From Pecten maximus (taxonomy: Eukaryota), in assembly GCF_902652985.1 (NCBI RefSeq), contig NC_047028.1:10416001-10480000 (forward strand): a stretch of DNA of 64,000 nt. The letters are read 5' to 3'. The notes below the pieces were generated by a model. It did no database searches. It was given only the letters and a program-made list of their open reading frames with translations, and had not been told where the DNA came from. Shown piece by piece: positions 21,886 through 36,410 of this stretch. The stretch's first letter is position 1; each line of letters begins with the position of its first letter. The position numbers were made by a program, and so were the translations under genes.

Positions 21886-24800
21886 ATGGATGTCCCCGTC
21901 GTTCCAATACCTGACCCCCACCTCGCTGACTACGTCGTTATCGCCATCTTCCTCTGTGTCTGTTTGGGAATCGGCGTTTACTATGGTTACCAGACCAGCA
22001 AAAACCCTTCTGTGGAAAACTATTTCTTCGGGAACCGACGTCTGTCGATAGCACCGGTGGCTCTGTCCCTTTTTGTAACGTTTATATCCGCGATTTCGGT
22101 GATGGGTATACCAGCCGAGGTATATGCTTTTGGGATCCGGATTATCTACGGTGGAGTCTCCAATCTGTTATCCATGATTATAGCCAATTTCACTATTGTC
22201 CCTGTTCTATATCCACTGAAACTGACCAGTACATACCAGGTAAAGTTTTTCGTTAAAACATATTAATATAAGCTTGCCTGCCAAATAAGTTAAAGGAATA
22301 TTTGAAAGGTTATAATTGTACAATTCCATTACTTTTAATTTCACTTTTTTTTTATTTGTTATGGATAAGTGGTTAGACATCGCATAACGCCTATTCAGAT
22401 AACAAAATCCTTTGATACTTTAGACAATACAAACTTTTAAGACTATATTAAGTGTAACATGTACAAAATGTATTGTCTTATTACTGATTTTAACCGCACT
22501 CTACTAATAAGGGTAATGATGATTTATGTACACGTATATAAATACTGAATACCAAACTTTATAGATACACGGCGTCACAGAGGAAACTGCTGTTATTGGT
22601 ATCAAAGTGTGGTCCTCGAAGTTTTCAATGTATTACAAATAGCTAAACCGGCAATTAAAGTTCATGTAATTTTCTCAAAATACAAATGCACATACTACTT
22701 AACATTGAACTTGCCTTGTATATAAACTTGCCTTGTATATAAACTTGCCTTGTACATAAACTTGCCTTGTATATAAACTTGCGCTGTATATAAACTTGCG
22801 CTGTATATAAACTTGCCTTGTATATAAACTTGCCTTGTATATAAACTTGCGCTGTATATAAACTTGCCTTGTATATAAACTTGCCTTGTACATAAACTTG
22901 CCTTGTACATAAACTTGCCTTGTATATAAACTTGCCTTGTATATAAACTTGCCTTGTATATAAACTTGCCTTGTATATAAACTTGCCTTGTATATAAACT
23001 TGCGCTGTATATAAACTTGCCTTGTACATAAACTTGCCTTGTACATAAACTTGCCTTGTACATAAACTTGCCTTGTATATAAACTTGCCTTGTATATAAA
23101 CTTGCCTTGTATATAAACTTGCGCTGTATATAAACTTGCCTTGTATATAAACTTGCCTTGTATATAAACTTGCCTTGTATATAAACTTGCGCTGTATATA
23201 AACTTGCCTTGTATATAAACTTGCCTTGTATATAAACTTGCCTTGTATATAAACTTGCCTTGTATATAAACTTGCCTTGTATATAAACTTGCGCTGTATA
23301 TAAACTTGCCTTGTATATAAACTTGCCTTGTATATAAACTTGCCTTGTATATAAACTTGCGCTGTATATAAACTTGCCTTGTATATAAACTTGCCTTGTA
23401 TATAAACTTGCGCTGTATATAAACTTGCCTTGTATATAAACTTGCCTTGTACATAAACTTGCCTTGTATATAAACTTGCCTTGTATATAAACTTGCCTTG
23501 TATATAAACTTGCGCTGTATATAAGCTTGCGCTGTATATAAACTTGCGCTGTATATAAACTTGCGCTGTATATAAACTTGCGCTGTATATAAACTTGCCT
23601 TGTATATAAACTTGCCTTGTATATAAACTTGCCTTGTACATAAACTTGCCTTGTATATAAACTTGCCTTGTATATAAACTTGCGCTGTATATAAACTTGC
23701 GCTGTATATAAACTTGCGCTGTATATAAACTTGCGCTGTATATAAACTTGCGCTGTATATAAACTTGCGCTGTATATAAACTTGCGCTGTATATAAACTT
23801 GCGCTGTATATAAACTTGCGCTGTATATAAACTTGCCTTGTATATAAACTTGCGCTGTATATAAACTTGCCTTGTATATAAACTTGCGCTGTATATAAAC
23901 TTGCGCTGTATGTAAACTTGCCTTGTATATAAACTTGCGCTGTATATAAACTTGCCTTGTATATAAACTTGCCTTGTATATAAACTTGCGTTTTATATAA
24001 ACTTGCCTTGTATATAAACTTGCGCTGTATATAAACTTGCCTTGTATATAAACTTGCCTTGTATATAAACTTGCCTTGTATATAAACTTGCCTTGTATAT
24101 AAACTTGCGCTGTATATAAACTTGCGCTGTATATAAACTTGCGCTGTATATAAACTTGCGCTGTATATAAACTTGCGCTGTATATAAACTTGCGCTGTAT
24201 ATAAACTTGCGCTGTATATAAACTTGCCTTGTATATAAACTTGCGCTGTATATAAACTTGCCTTGTATATAAACTTGCGCTGTATATAAACTTGCGCTGT
24301 ATATAAACTTGCCTTGTATATAAACTTGCGCTGTATATAAACTTGCCTTGTATATAAACTTGCCTTGTATATAAACTTGCGTTTTATATAAACTTGCGCT
24401 GTATATAAACTTGCGCTGTATATAAACTTTCGTTGCATATAAACTTTCGTTGCATATAAACTTTCGTTGCATATAAACTATCGTTGCATATAAACTTTCG
24501 CTGTATATAAATTTTCGTTGTACATAAACTTTCTTTGTATATAAACTTTCGTTGTATATAACTTTTCGTTGTTTTCATGGTTGCTATGGAACCCAGAATA
24601 TAAATACAACAAATATTGTATCTATTATCGTTGCATCGGCTATTGGCTAACCACGAACGTATATATATACAACATTTTAAGGAACTGCAAGACGATTTAT
24701 ATACTTTATACTGAGCTAGTTAATGAAATCCATTTTGATCAAGACAATTGGATTGTCTAATTGGTGCCATCATGATCTCAACAGACACAGCTAACAGGTA

Positions 24801-27800
24801 AATGAAACAGTAATTATAACTACAAATTGTTAAAACAAAAGTAAAATATTAATTTATATGGAGACCATATCAAAAGCTCAAGGGGAATAAGAACAAGTGT
24901 TCCGTTGTGCAAGTGTCGCCTACTTCATAGACGACAACCGCCATAAAATGATAACGATGTAAGTGACAACTATACATATCAACAAGCATCGGACACGTGT
25001 CGACCATATCTTCTTCACCAACCTGCATCTCTCGAAACCTTATGTTGTTGGATATTTCCGTTAGTGGCCAACAAAGAAATCGAGTTTATGCTGATTACGC
25101 TGTAGGGTAATTCATGCTCGTAAGTGTGCCGGACGTAGCGTTCATTACCCCGTCTAACAGAATATATAAAAAGATCTACGTTACGCATAAAGTTAATGGC
25201 AAATCTGCGTTTAAATCTACATTGTATATACCGAGGTACTGTTAACGTTTTTCATAGCTTTATGTACTTTGAGGTAGAACTACGACTTCGTTTACATTTC
25301 GTGTAAGGAAAAACAACATAAGCCGATGACATCAAGAACATTTCCCTTAGTCTTCATTATCGCGCATTTCTCGTAAATCTTCATTTTCCCGTCGATATTA
25401 AAAACTATTATGGAAACGTAATATTGGTTGAAGCACGTAAATATCAACTGTATACACTTAAAGGAGGAAAGATTTTATCTTTGATTTGGGTAATAATCTT
25501 GCCTCCAACCTCTGAATGAAAGCATTGTCAACCAGAAATGCAATCATTCTCGATATTCCTTCCTCAGTATATTTCACCTAAGTCTAAGTCGGCCGTTGTC
25601 TTTGTATAACCGAAATTGTACTTTTGCTCTTGGACACGAACATCCAGAAAACAAGAATAGGAAAACGTTACTATACGGCGGTGTACAGCGTGAATAGACG
25701 GAGATAGTGGGAGAGTATATCAGCAGCCTATTTTCAAGATTGGTCAAAAGATTCTCGGAACTCAAAAGATCCTTGGAAATCAACAGTTCTCCTAATACGA
25801 CGGTAATACTGATAAGCTCTAATATAGACATAAATGTAATTAGACGGTACTTAATGAATATTTCCGTCAATTCCAGATCTCATCCTTTTTTTACTTTCTC
25901 TTCAAATATAGTACCTGCAACTGAGGTTTAACTCCAAAGGCGTTCGCACCATGGGGATGGTGATCGGGATGCTTCAAACCGTATGTGTTCAAATACCAAT
26001 TTTGTATAATACTCAAATAAATTTGAATGTACGAGTAAAGAATAAGACACTTAACGAAAACAATTTAAATAGTGTACATTTCAATTCATTGATACCAGGC
26101 CATGCTTTCTTGACAAAGTAGAGACTGACATTTGTACGTACCTAACATACACATTGATAATTGAACTTATTCAAGCAAAATTTGCAGCCAATATTTTGCT
26201 CAAATTTTACCATTTGCATTATCAACGAAAAAATGAAAATCCTCTAGAAATAATAGATCTTCATCTATAGACTCTGAAAAAACGAAAATCAAGTAAACTA
26301 GAAATATTACCACATTGTTGTGGGTTTTGTTTTACTTCACACATTTTCCATTTACAGGTGTTCCTAATGGGTATAACTCTATACGCCCCAGCGCTTGCGC
26401 TGCAAACCGGTAGGTGATACATTTCTTGGTACATGTTATAACCTTAGTTCTAAGAACACACCAGAAAGTTAAGATAATGCATAGTCTTTTAATAAAAGCC
26501 ATGATACCAGGAATATTGACAATTTTATACACCTGGGACATGAAATTCAGCTGATATGTAATGATATTTAAATTAATTTGATATGTACAATGCACTATGC
26601 AATTTTCATTGCTTATTATGTTATGATGTTGCCAAATGATTCACAAAATTTGTCATGATAGGGTCGATAGCATAACGTATATGACATGTATATCGGCTAT
26701 GGAATATGGTTGCCGGATGAAGCCATTTTCCATACATAAAGTACTCTCTCTTTTTCTGTAAAAAACTGTTACCGGTTCTGGTGTAGTTGCCGGATAGATA
26801 ACCTCTGTCGGGGTTGACAGTTTTCTTCCTTCTGTTGTAGTTGTCGGAACACCTCTTTGGCTTTCCATAGCTGTCATCGGTTTAGTTTGCACCATCTACA
26901 CTGCAATTGTATGTTTTTATATATCTACAAGTGATATTAACAGTTGAATCTATAGTAATCGTTCGCACAACCTCAAACCTGAAAGTAGGGCGTTCGGTAT
27001 GTTTTGGAGCTTCTCTGTGTCATTGCTCGGGGAAACATGAAATTTCCGGTTGTGCTATGCTGGAGTTCCGTTAATGGAAATGACACATTGACGTTTACAA
27101 TTTATATCGTTTCATGCCTGCCTACTGATGCTGATAAATGTATTTACAATAACAATAATATATTCGAGATTGACGTTTTAGTTTAGGTTTTTGTAACCGT
27201 ATGGTGATATAATTGCCATAATATGATATCGTAAACTCTCCAGAAGCAAGCATCTAGAAATGTTTTAAATTTAATTTCAGGGAGGTATTAAGAGCGTTGT
27301 CTGGACGGACGTTTTTCAGTGTCTTATCATGTTCATTGGTGTGGTAGCTGTAATCATAAAGGTATACTAAAACACAAAGGTCTTGTTAACCTTCATCAAA
27401 TTATCATAAAAGGTACAGTTAGTCCTGTTAACCTTCCCCAATGTATTATAAAGGTACAGTTAGTCTTGTTTACCTTCCCCAATGTATTATAAAGGTACAT
27501 TTAGTCCTGTTAGCCCTCCCCAATGTATTATAAAGGTACATTTAGTCCTGTTAACCTTCCCCAATGTATCATAAAGGTAAAGTTAGTCTTGTTGACCCTC
27601 CCCGATGTATTATAAAGGTACATTTAGTCTTGTTTACCTTCCCCAATGTATTATAAAGGTACAGTTAGTCCTGTTAACCTTCCCAAAAGTATTATAAAGG
27701 TACATTTAGTCCTGTTAACCTTCCCCAATGTATTATAAAGGTACATTTAGTCTTGTTAACCTTCCCCAATGTATTATAAAGGTACATTTTGTCTTGTTTA

Positions 27801-30800
27801 CCTTCCCCAATGTATTATATAGATATAGTTAGTCTTGTTGACCTTCCCCAATGTATTATACAGATCTAGTTAGTCCTGTTAACCTTCCCCAACGTATTAT
27901 AAAGATATAGTTAGTCTTGTTAACTTTCCCCGATGTATTATAAAGATAGTTAGTCTTGTTAACCTTCCCCAGTGTATTATAAAGATAGTTAGTCTTGTTA
28001 ACCTTCCCTAATGTATTATAAAGATATCGTTAGTCTTGTTAACCTCCTCCAATGTATTATAAAGGTAAAGTTATGATTAGTTATAGTTGTGTTCTCTCAT
28101 TTTGATCGCAATGGAGACAAAGTCGAGAGTGAATTGAAAGATAAGGCTATGGTGACTTGCATTTTATTTTCAATATTTCACAAGACAAGATTTGTCGCTG
28201 ACGATATCCTAATTTCGTGTTCAAAGAAAATGTTTTTTACCCATATCGATCTTCATTCCGCACTTGTAGGTGTACAATGTTCTAACTATTTATCGAATTT
28301 AATCAACCTAATAGCTATCAATCTCATCTATATAATTTCCTTTCGCCTCACAATAATGTAAATAAAGGCAATGGATGAGTTCAACGTTTTGGTGTACTCA
28401 AGTTGTTTTGACCACCTTCACCTTCATCAGATAGGGAAGATGAGTTAACAAGCTCCGTCAACCTCTCGCGTCGCTTGGTAACTGATTGCGCTCACCTCTC
28501 GCCTGATTTGCTCGGCGGAAATGAGTACAGGTGTGTTTTAGCTCAGTAAGAGTGTTAACGTTCTCAGACTATCACACAGGACTAAAACACTGGGGGGGAA
28601 AGTGGGGTTATAATCGATTTATCCAGATATTCTTATATAAAGATTAAATAATGCAGAGGCATATTAACCTATTTTCTACCACAATACTCCTGCGTTATTC
28701 AACTCTCAGACCATCAGTTAATCATTACAGCTGTTGATTAACAATCTGTTTATACCACACGTGGTATAAACTCTGTACGCATTTTGATTGGCTAACACGG
28801 TGAACTTTGACCCAAGCTGCAATTGTTATTGACGTCATCAATAATCTAATGACGTCACATCACCGGGTCCCGGACGTCACCGGTACACTTTATTTGCATA
28901 CGCGAAATTATACTTGGCCACGTTTCCCTTTGATTCAAGCCGATATTATTGTGGTAGAAACAGGTCACACGACTCGAAATTGTTGGATATGGAATTTATT
29001 TCAAACGAGTAAGTTATTTTTTAAAAGTTGCAAAAAACACTCGCTAAAGCTCGTGTCTTTTGTAACTTTTAAAAAATAACTTACTCGTGTGAAATAAATT
29101 CCATATCCAACAACCACTCGTTGTGTAACCTCTATATAACCTCTGCTCTGTATACTAAAATGTAGTACCTATAAAGTATATAATTGACCAGAGTTCACAA
29201 TTATGTTATGATAATATTTGTTGAAGCTATTTGCAAGAGGTCGATGCATACCCAGGCATTTTGACCACAACTTCAAAGTCTACACTGTTACAATAATTTA
29301 GAATATATTTTGATAATAAAATTACAAGATGGAAAGTTTTATGCAATTGCGATTTATATTTTCATCGTTAGATAATGTTGACATTTCGTATCAAATTAGC
29401 AAATGCAGATACTTTTTCTTATTCTGAATGCATTTCATCTCAAAATTTCAAAAAAAAGTTGTTTTTAAAGTAAACTTTTCTTTATACAACATGAAGACCA
29501 CGTATTAGTTTAATATTTGCCATCCACAGGGTAGCATTGTCGTTGGAACAAGACACTCAGTCATCAGGGTTGCCACAGAGGGACACAGACTGGAGTGGTT
29601 TAAGTAAAAACCATTATTGAATGATACAAAGTAACAGTTTATACGTAAAGGGTGTAGCATCCTACGTGTTGTGTTGAAATGCATAAACAACTATTAAGTT
29701 ATTTAAAATTCCTTAATTTGAGACGTCAACTCAAAAGTAAACGTTTTGTAATAAAAATCGACTGTAGTACTTTGTATGGAGTGTTATCTAGTCTATCAAT
29801 CAATAACATCACTGTTGATAATGTTGAGTTCAGAAAATGCCGAATATAGAATTCCATTTTGTTTAGGTGGTCATCTGCCATGAACATATACTTAAATAAC
29901 TTAAATACACTATATCTGTTTTCATATGACCATAACTACTTTCACTGGTTTACTTTCGGATGACCACCTTTAATAATGGCAATGCATGATAGAATATAAA
30001 GTTTTAAAAAACTCAGTAATTGGTTTTAGCTTTGACCCGGATCCAAGGGTCCGTCATACAAATTGGGGATTCCTGTTTGGCGCATTGTTTGCATTTTTAC
30101 CAAACTGGTGTAATCAAGCCGGCGTGCAGAGGTTTTCATCTCTCCGAAGTCTCGAGTCCGCGTACAGGTGAGTGATTTAGTATGGCAACGTGGCACGTGT
30201 GAAATTGTCAACGAAACATGAAACCATACATGGTGTGAATATGAAAACAATAATTTCTCCAATAGATTTGTCGCAAATCTACATTCAGATGATGTATTCA
30301 GTATTCTGATATCATAATAGTGTTGAACTCTGTTTCAAACTGTGCTTATGAACAATTGTATCTTTATTGCTTTACTGTTCCATACAAATTGATACAAAGC
30401 AAAAAAACAAATAATAAGAAAAAAACAGTTCAGTAACAGAAGGATATATCAATATTTACTGCAAGTCATGTAATGTACGTGTAAACCAATTTTACAATAA
30501 CCATACACTAACGCCCAGCAACAAACATCTAAGTAAATCCAGCATATCTATCTATAAAACAGCTGATATTTTACAGGACTTTCTGGTTGCTGATTCCCGT
30601 AGCTGTAGCGTACCATATAATCCTGGGGTATTTTGGAATCCTTATATACTCGTACTACAACATGTTGGGATGTGATCCTGTCCAAGCCGGATTAATATCC
30701 AATTTCAATCAGGTAACCGCATGTAATCTTGAATGTGAGAATGCACAAACAACGACGTAAACGTCAACTGATATCAATAACATGACAATACAATAAGGCT

Positions 30801-33800
30801 GGACTGTAGATATTTGACACTCATTTTGTACGTGTTCACTTAGCTGAGGAAAATTGGAGGGCTTAAATATGTTTAACTTATTTGGATGCTGATTGTTGGC
30901 AATTCTACACGAGATAGTATATTTATTCAGAATATGTAAAATTTAGAACCGGTTATCAGGTAAAAGGTAAATAAGATTATTGAGATACAAGAGCGTATAC
31001 GTAGCTTTTGTAGATAATGACTTGTTTTACGTAAACATATGATGTGATTTGGATTATTTTGACAATGTGTGCAGTATCAACGAGCTGATATGTTTTAAAT
31101 TTGTAGATAGTGCCCTATTTCGTGCTAGATGTATTACGATCACTCCCAGGACTTTCTGGTATCTTCATCAGCTGTTTGTTTAGTGGATCTCTTAGGTAAA
31201 TAATAATAATTTTACGTTATAAAACAGATGTTCTTCTATTTTATATTCAAATTTCCATTTTTACATCCCCAGGATTTCACTGGCTTTGAATAGTTAGAAA
31301 TTTGATCTTTTTCAAACAATCGTGTGTCGATTAGAAATAATTTACAGATGAGAGCTAGCTACAGATAATGTCACCATTTGGCCAATCTGCCGCCATTATC
31401 ACTACAAAATTACCTCTTTCCCCCATTATAAGCACAAATTTATTCTTTCCCCATTATAATTACAAATCTCCTTTTGTCCCTATTATTTAACTACAAATTA
31501 CCTACTGTTCCAATAATGACTACAGATTTACTTCAGTCCCTATCATAACTACAAATTTGTCTATGTCCCAATTATAAGTACTTTACTTATGTCCCTATCA
31601 TCAATATTACAAATTCCTGATGTCCCTATTATAACTACAAATTTGCTGATGTCCCTATCATAACTTTAAATCTCCTTCTGCCCCATTATTTCTACAAATT
31701 TGCTGATGTCCCTATCATAGCTACAAAGCTTATGTCCCTATCATTGCTACAAATTTGCTTATGTTCCTATCATACCTTAAATTACCTTCTGTCCCTATCA
31801 TAACTTAAATTATCCCTCTATCCCCGTTATAACTACAAATTATCTTCTGTTCCCGTTATTACTACAAATATACTTCTTTTCCATTATAACTACAAATCTC
31901 CTTTTGTCACCACGCACTCCCTTTCACAGGTGAACTAAGTTCCATTTTACGAGCATGAACACGTTTGTGGTTCACCAGCCCTACAACGTGGGGCTTGTCT
32001 AAATGTTACTGTTCCCTCCCGCATACAGAACACACGCAACTTTTCTATCCAAACCCGAATCTCTTTGTATATATTACTAAATGTTCATTGTTTCGGAACT
32101 ATGGTAAATTTATAAATATTTTGCCTGTCTACCACATATATGTCAGTATTTTAAAACATTTATCATTAAGTAGTCACACGAAACCAAACCATTATGCATG
32201 TTACAAAAACACTGTATTTTTCTCAGTTCCTTTTCATCTGGAATCAACGCTTTATCAGCGAACACCGTGGAGGATATCTTTGGTGGACTCATTCAGAAAT
32301 CCAAGCTAGTTTCACAAACATTCGCAGCAAAGTTATTCGGTGAGTTCTTTATATTTTTAATACCGATTATTCTGGTGACATGTCTCTTAAATCAAGGAAT
32401 AAATTCTGCAAAAGAAAGACTGCTGTTTAAATATGTTCCAATATCAAAAGTAATAAGATTTATCACATGATGTCATATAACTATGCCCGTTTCGCAACTG
32501 ATATGCCACGTGGTAAACTTCGTAAGAGTGGTTTGTTGTTTTAATTTACACATCGTAGTTTGTAACCGCTTTCAAAGCCTCCGATTGGTTGCTCTAACCG
32601 CCAACAATTCTGCTTGACTATCGTCTGACCTTTGACAACGGACTACATTTACCATCACATTTTTTTTGTTATTCATCTCTTTTTTATGTTTTATTTATTT
32701 ATTATTAATAATATTAGTTGTCGTTTGTCAACTACATGTATAGTTCGATGATGATAAGATGCGAACAGAGCATGAGCATGACGCAAACAAATATTGCCCA
32801 CCATCAAAATCATATTTACAAGATATTACAATTGATATTAGTCATTAATCTAAGATAGATGCCAAACGTTTCTTAATAACGCACTTTACTTTGTCGCATA
32901 GTGATTCGGTTAACAGAATTGAGTAGCAACGTTGGGAGAAGTTGAACTCGGTACATCTGTAGGTTATGGGATAAACATATGTTCCACAACTAATGACGGT
33001 TGTTTGACATGCTTATCTTACTCTCGTGAGTTATTTTTAAAAAAAGACAAAAGCTCGAGCGTCCTTTCTAAATTTGAGAATGAATTAACTCCAGTTAGAT
33101 AAAGATGATATAACAACCGTCAACTGTTGGGGGCCCCCTATCTCACTTAAGAAAGTAAATAATAGTGTCACTAATGTTATTTTTGTATACCTGTTTGCTA
33201 TTTTTCTGTGCGCATTGTTTAGCATTATCCTTAGATTTTATTATTATTTTCATCGGCCCTCTTTAATGCATTGTCTCTTTCTAGTCTTCGTTTACGGAAT
33301 AGCAGTCATTGGACTGGCGTACAGCATCATCTCTATGTCAGGTTCCATAACCCAGGTAGCTATTGATACTATTTGGGACATTTACAAAACAATAGATGAT
33401 ACATTGATTAGAATAGTGGTTATATCCAAATCGACATTCTACACATAAAAACAATTCTGTATATTCATTACGTAGTTTCCAGTCAAATTAAATCTTTTAT
33501 TTTATGCATTATTTACAACTTTATTGACCCAAATAGGAAAAAGCAACACAGATGTTCTTGTTATAAAAAATATATATGAGGTTACATTAGCGTTGCTCTA
33601 GTTGAATAATAAAGGTATCACGTTTAAGTTCTTTATCAGCTGTCTATACTTAAGCAGCAGCCCAGTAGAAGAATACCAATTCATTCATTTTCTCCCTGTC
33701 CATTTCCAGGGGATTCCAATGCAAATCTACTTTTTTTATTATTTCATTTTGCATTCCTTTCAACAATATATATATCGTTTATGATAATAATTATGTATGT

Positions 33801-36105
33801 CGTGCACGATTAATGTCTTTTGTGATACTAATTATGTATGCCGTGTACGATTAATGTCTTAATTCCCTTACCTAGAAGGCTGGAATCGTAGTTGGAGCGT
33901 GCGGGGGACCACTGACCGGGATCTACTTTCTCGGTGGAATGATTCCAAAGGCAAACTGGATAGTAAGGAACACTTACTGACCACTATAAATGTATTGTTT
34001 GTTAGCCCTGGTACAACAGATCCAATGTTATACTGTTTCTAGCTTTAATCTATATAACACCTAAAACAAAAGGACACTTAACTAGCAATTTATTTATTTT
34101 ATATCGACTGCACACTGTGGTACTAAAATCAATCTACTTCTTATCTGATACCAATCGATAAAACAGATATCCGCTTCACTCAGTAAACAATCCACATTAT
34201 CCACCATATCAAGCACTTCCTGAACAGTCAAACTTTGAGATAAATCTCCTTTTGTCCCAATTTATAAGTGGAAATCAATCTATGCATGCATTTATAAAAA
34301 TGCTATCGTAGTTTAGCTTTAACTAGTCCCAAATCGCTTTGTCGTCTTTAAGTATACCATGTCCCCCTACTGATTAATGAAAAGATGATAAAGGACAGGT
34401 ACAAAACTATTGAAATGTACAATATAATTTATAGGTTGACCTTTTACTATGACTCATTTCTGACGAATTGGACTAAATGAAACCTGTTCATCGTTTACTG
34501 AAGAAAATCATCGTGCTCTTTATATATAGGGTAATAGTTTATGTTTTATGTTGAGAGGGGAAACTGCAACTGATTAACTCCTTTTTGATAATATCTTGTG
34601 GAATTTTTTAATACGAATCAACCGTGACATATGATTGTATGGATCAGTAACGTTCTGCCGTTCATCACAAATCACGCTGGTTAAGGGATACAAAGGTTGA
34701 AATATTATTTGTTTACGTATATGAGAACAAATGCCAGAAATTCACTTCCTGTCTAAACCTTTGTTGCTATTTGAAAATTCGAAAAATGAAAATAACTTTT
34801 GATTTAGATTTGAGTCAGTTGAACGCTATAAATATAAACTGCATGCCGAAACAAAATAGAGGGTAATTTAGCAAACACTTATTTTATGTTGATTCTAATT
34901 CAGGGCGCAATTGTCGGCTCTGTGACGGCTGTCATCTTCAACATTTGGATAGCCTTTGGAGCCGAGATGTATGGGAAGCCGCCTGTAAAATTAGCCCCAA
35001 ATCCTACGATTGGGTGTTTCCCCAGCAACTTCACAGAAACTATGATGGAACAGCCGATGTACTCCTACAATATAACTTTGTACAATGTAACTGGACACTC
35101 CAGGACGTCACAAGACAGCCCGCTCACGTACGAATACGTACTCTACTGAGGTCATTCTTATCATTGGGTCTGGCAATTATATACCACAAACTATTTCTCA
35201 CATTGTAGGGAAAGGTGTAAGGGTCTCGTCTTTTTACGAAAAGCAGGAAATACACTTGCATGCTGTTCATGACATTTCAGATGGTCAGATAGTTTTGTAA
35301 AACTTATATTAATTAAACGAAATATAATTTGTTACAAACAATGAACCCCGCTCTAGAAACCATCAATGTATGGTTATATATTTTTTGTTGAAATCTTCTT
35401 ATAGTGTTCTGTACTACATGTTGAAATTCTAATGCAAAAAGTGCGTGAATATGTTCAAATCCTCAGTTTATTGTCTTTTATTTCTTTGTGCCATATAAGG
35501 TTAGGTGCTTTCGATGCTCAATAATTGTTCAGCTAGCGTTACCCTGGTTCTAGGTTTGATGTTATGACATAACCTAAATTTGACCTAAATCTAAATTGTA
35601 TGTATCGTCGATGCGATACATACAATTTAGATTTAGACGCTTGACCGTTTGTAATACCTGGTCGTATTTTTATGTTTTTGCGATGATTTTGTTTTGTTTT
35701 ATCGTGTTATCAACTAGTAGTTGGAAAACCTACATCAATAACAGGTCCTCTGTTTTACAGATCAGATGGAGGTTTTTTCCTCTACAACGTGTCCTACGTA
35801 TGGTACGGATTCATCGGGTTTTTCCTAACCCTGATCATTGGTACTGTCGTCAGCTTGTGTACAGGTATGGTAGATGTATTTCTTCCTGCAAACTATACCA
35901 CATACCGCCAACATTGTTTTATTGCAAGAATTCACTTTTTAGAGAGAGATATATACTATCTATGAAATTAGCAATACATGTAACGTTTCTTGTTACAGGG
36001 GGTGATCGTGGAGAGCCTGTGGACGCTCGTCTGATCTTTCCTGTCTGTAGGAGGCTGTGTGGTATCCAGCCATGTTCACATGACGGTGCTCAGATACTAT
36101 TGTAA
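21886..36105 (+). CDS. SLC5 sodium:solute symporter, SMCT/SMVT/NIS-like, paralog 1 (about 588 aa, 15 coding exons)
   Basis: Exons 21886-22239, 25912-25980, 26358-26409, 26841-26908, 27281-27361, 29530-29603, 30030-30167, 30577-30712, 31107-31195, 32227-32339, 33285-33355, 33876-33962, 34904-35127, 35761-35864, 35999-36105. All GT-AG, total 1767 nt, open frame. SSF motifs [39 protein letters not shown]. The exact 3' end is uncertain. Confidence 0.93.
22708..24570. repeat. 17-bp minisatellite AAACTTGC(CT/GC)TGTA(T/C)AT, about 110 copies, in intron 1 of paralog 1
   Basis: Read directly; it generates the spurious 17-aa-periodic ORFs on the minus strand. Confidence 0.98.
25330..25630 (-). mobile_element. 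Penelope-like retroelement RT relic
   Basis: Minus strand reads [21 protein letters not shown], resembling the Penelope RT region KY.E.DI..MLEFL.DNIF, followed by a decayed YRYIDD-like segment; stops and deletions are present. Confidence 0.55.
27380..28070. repeat. 41-bp minisatellite, about 16-17 copies, starting just after exon 5 of paralog 1
   Basis: Unit AAAGGTACAGTTAGTCCTGTTAACCTTCCCCAATGTATTAT; AGGTAC at 27411 and 27452 fixes the period. Confidence 0.95.
28749..29137. mobile_element. Non-autonomous element with a long terminal palindrome (28962-29131)
   Basis: GTTGGATATGGAATTTATTTCA..TTATTTTTTAAAAGTT pairs with AACTTTTAAAAAATAA..TGAAATAAATTCCATATCCAAC. A related copy lies in the opposite orientation at about 42575-43115. 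Confidence 0.7.
31395..31910. repeat. Degenerate tandem repeat, about 30-33-bp unit (CCCTATCATAACTACAAATT core)
   Basis: Recurring CTACAAAT and CCCTATCAT/CCCATTAT motifs. Confidence 0.75.
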
Positions 36106-36410
36106 ACATTAAATCACCAAAGTCTTAGCGTCAGTTAACGTGAATGAGACATTTATCGAGATGTAATTTGTACTCACAAACCGTGCTTCAATGCAAGCAA
36201 TTATTCGATATATTAAGATACTATCGCTACCCTTTATCCGAAAATGAAGGTCATGATGCACTAGATTTAGAACACTTATTGATACCATCACGTCACGGCA
36301 ACAGTACCATGACGTCACGTCGACAATTAAATCACGTCACGTCAACATTTCCTTTCATTGATGTAACGTCAATATTATATACATAAGATGGTAAACAGGG
36401 TAAGAGAAAA

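Noticed and set aside
22655-24578. Long minus-strand ORFs (up to 579 aa) with a [17 protein letters not shown] repeat
   Set aside because: They are translations of a 17-bp minisatellite open in all three frames, lying antisense in an intron, with no unique coding sequence.
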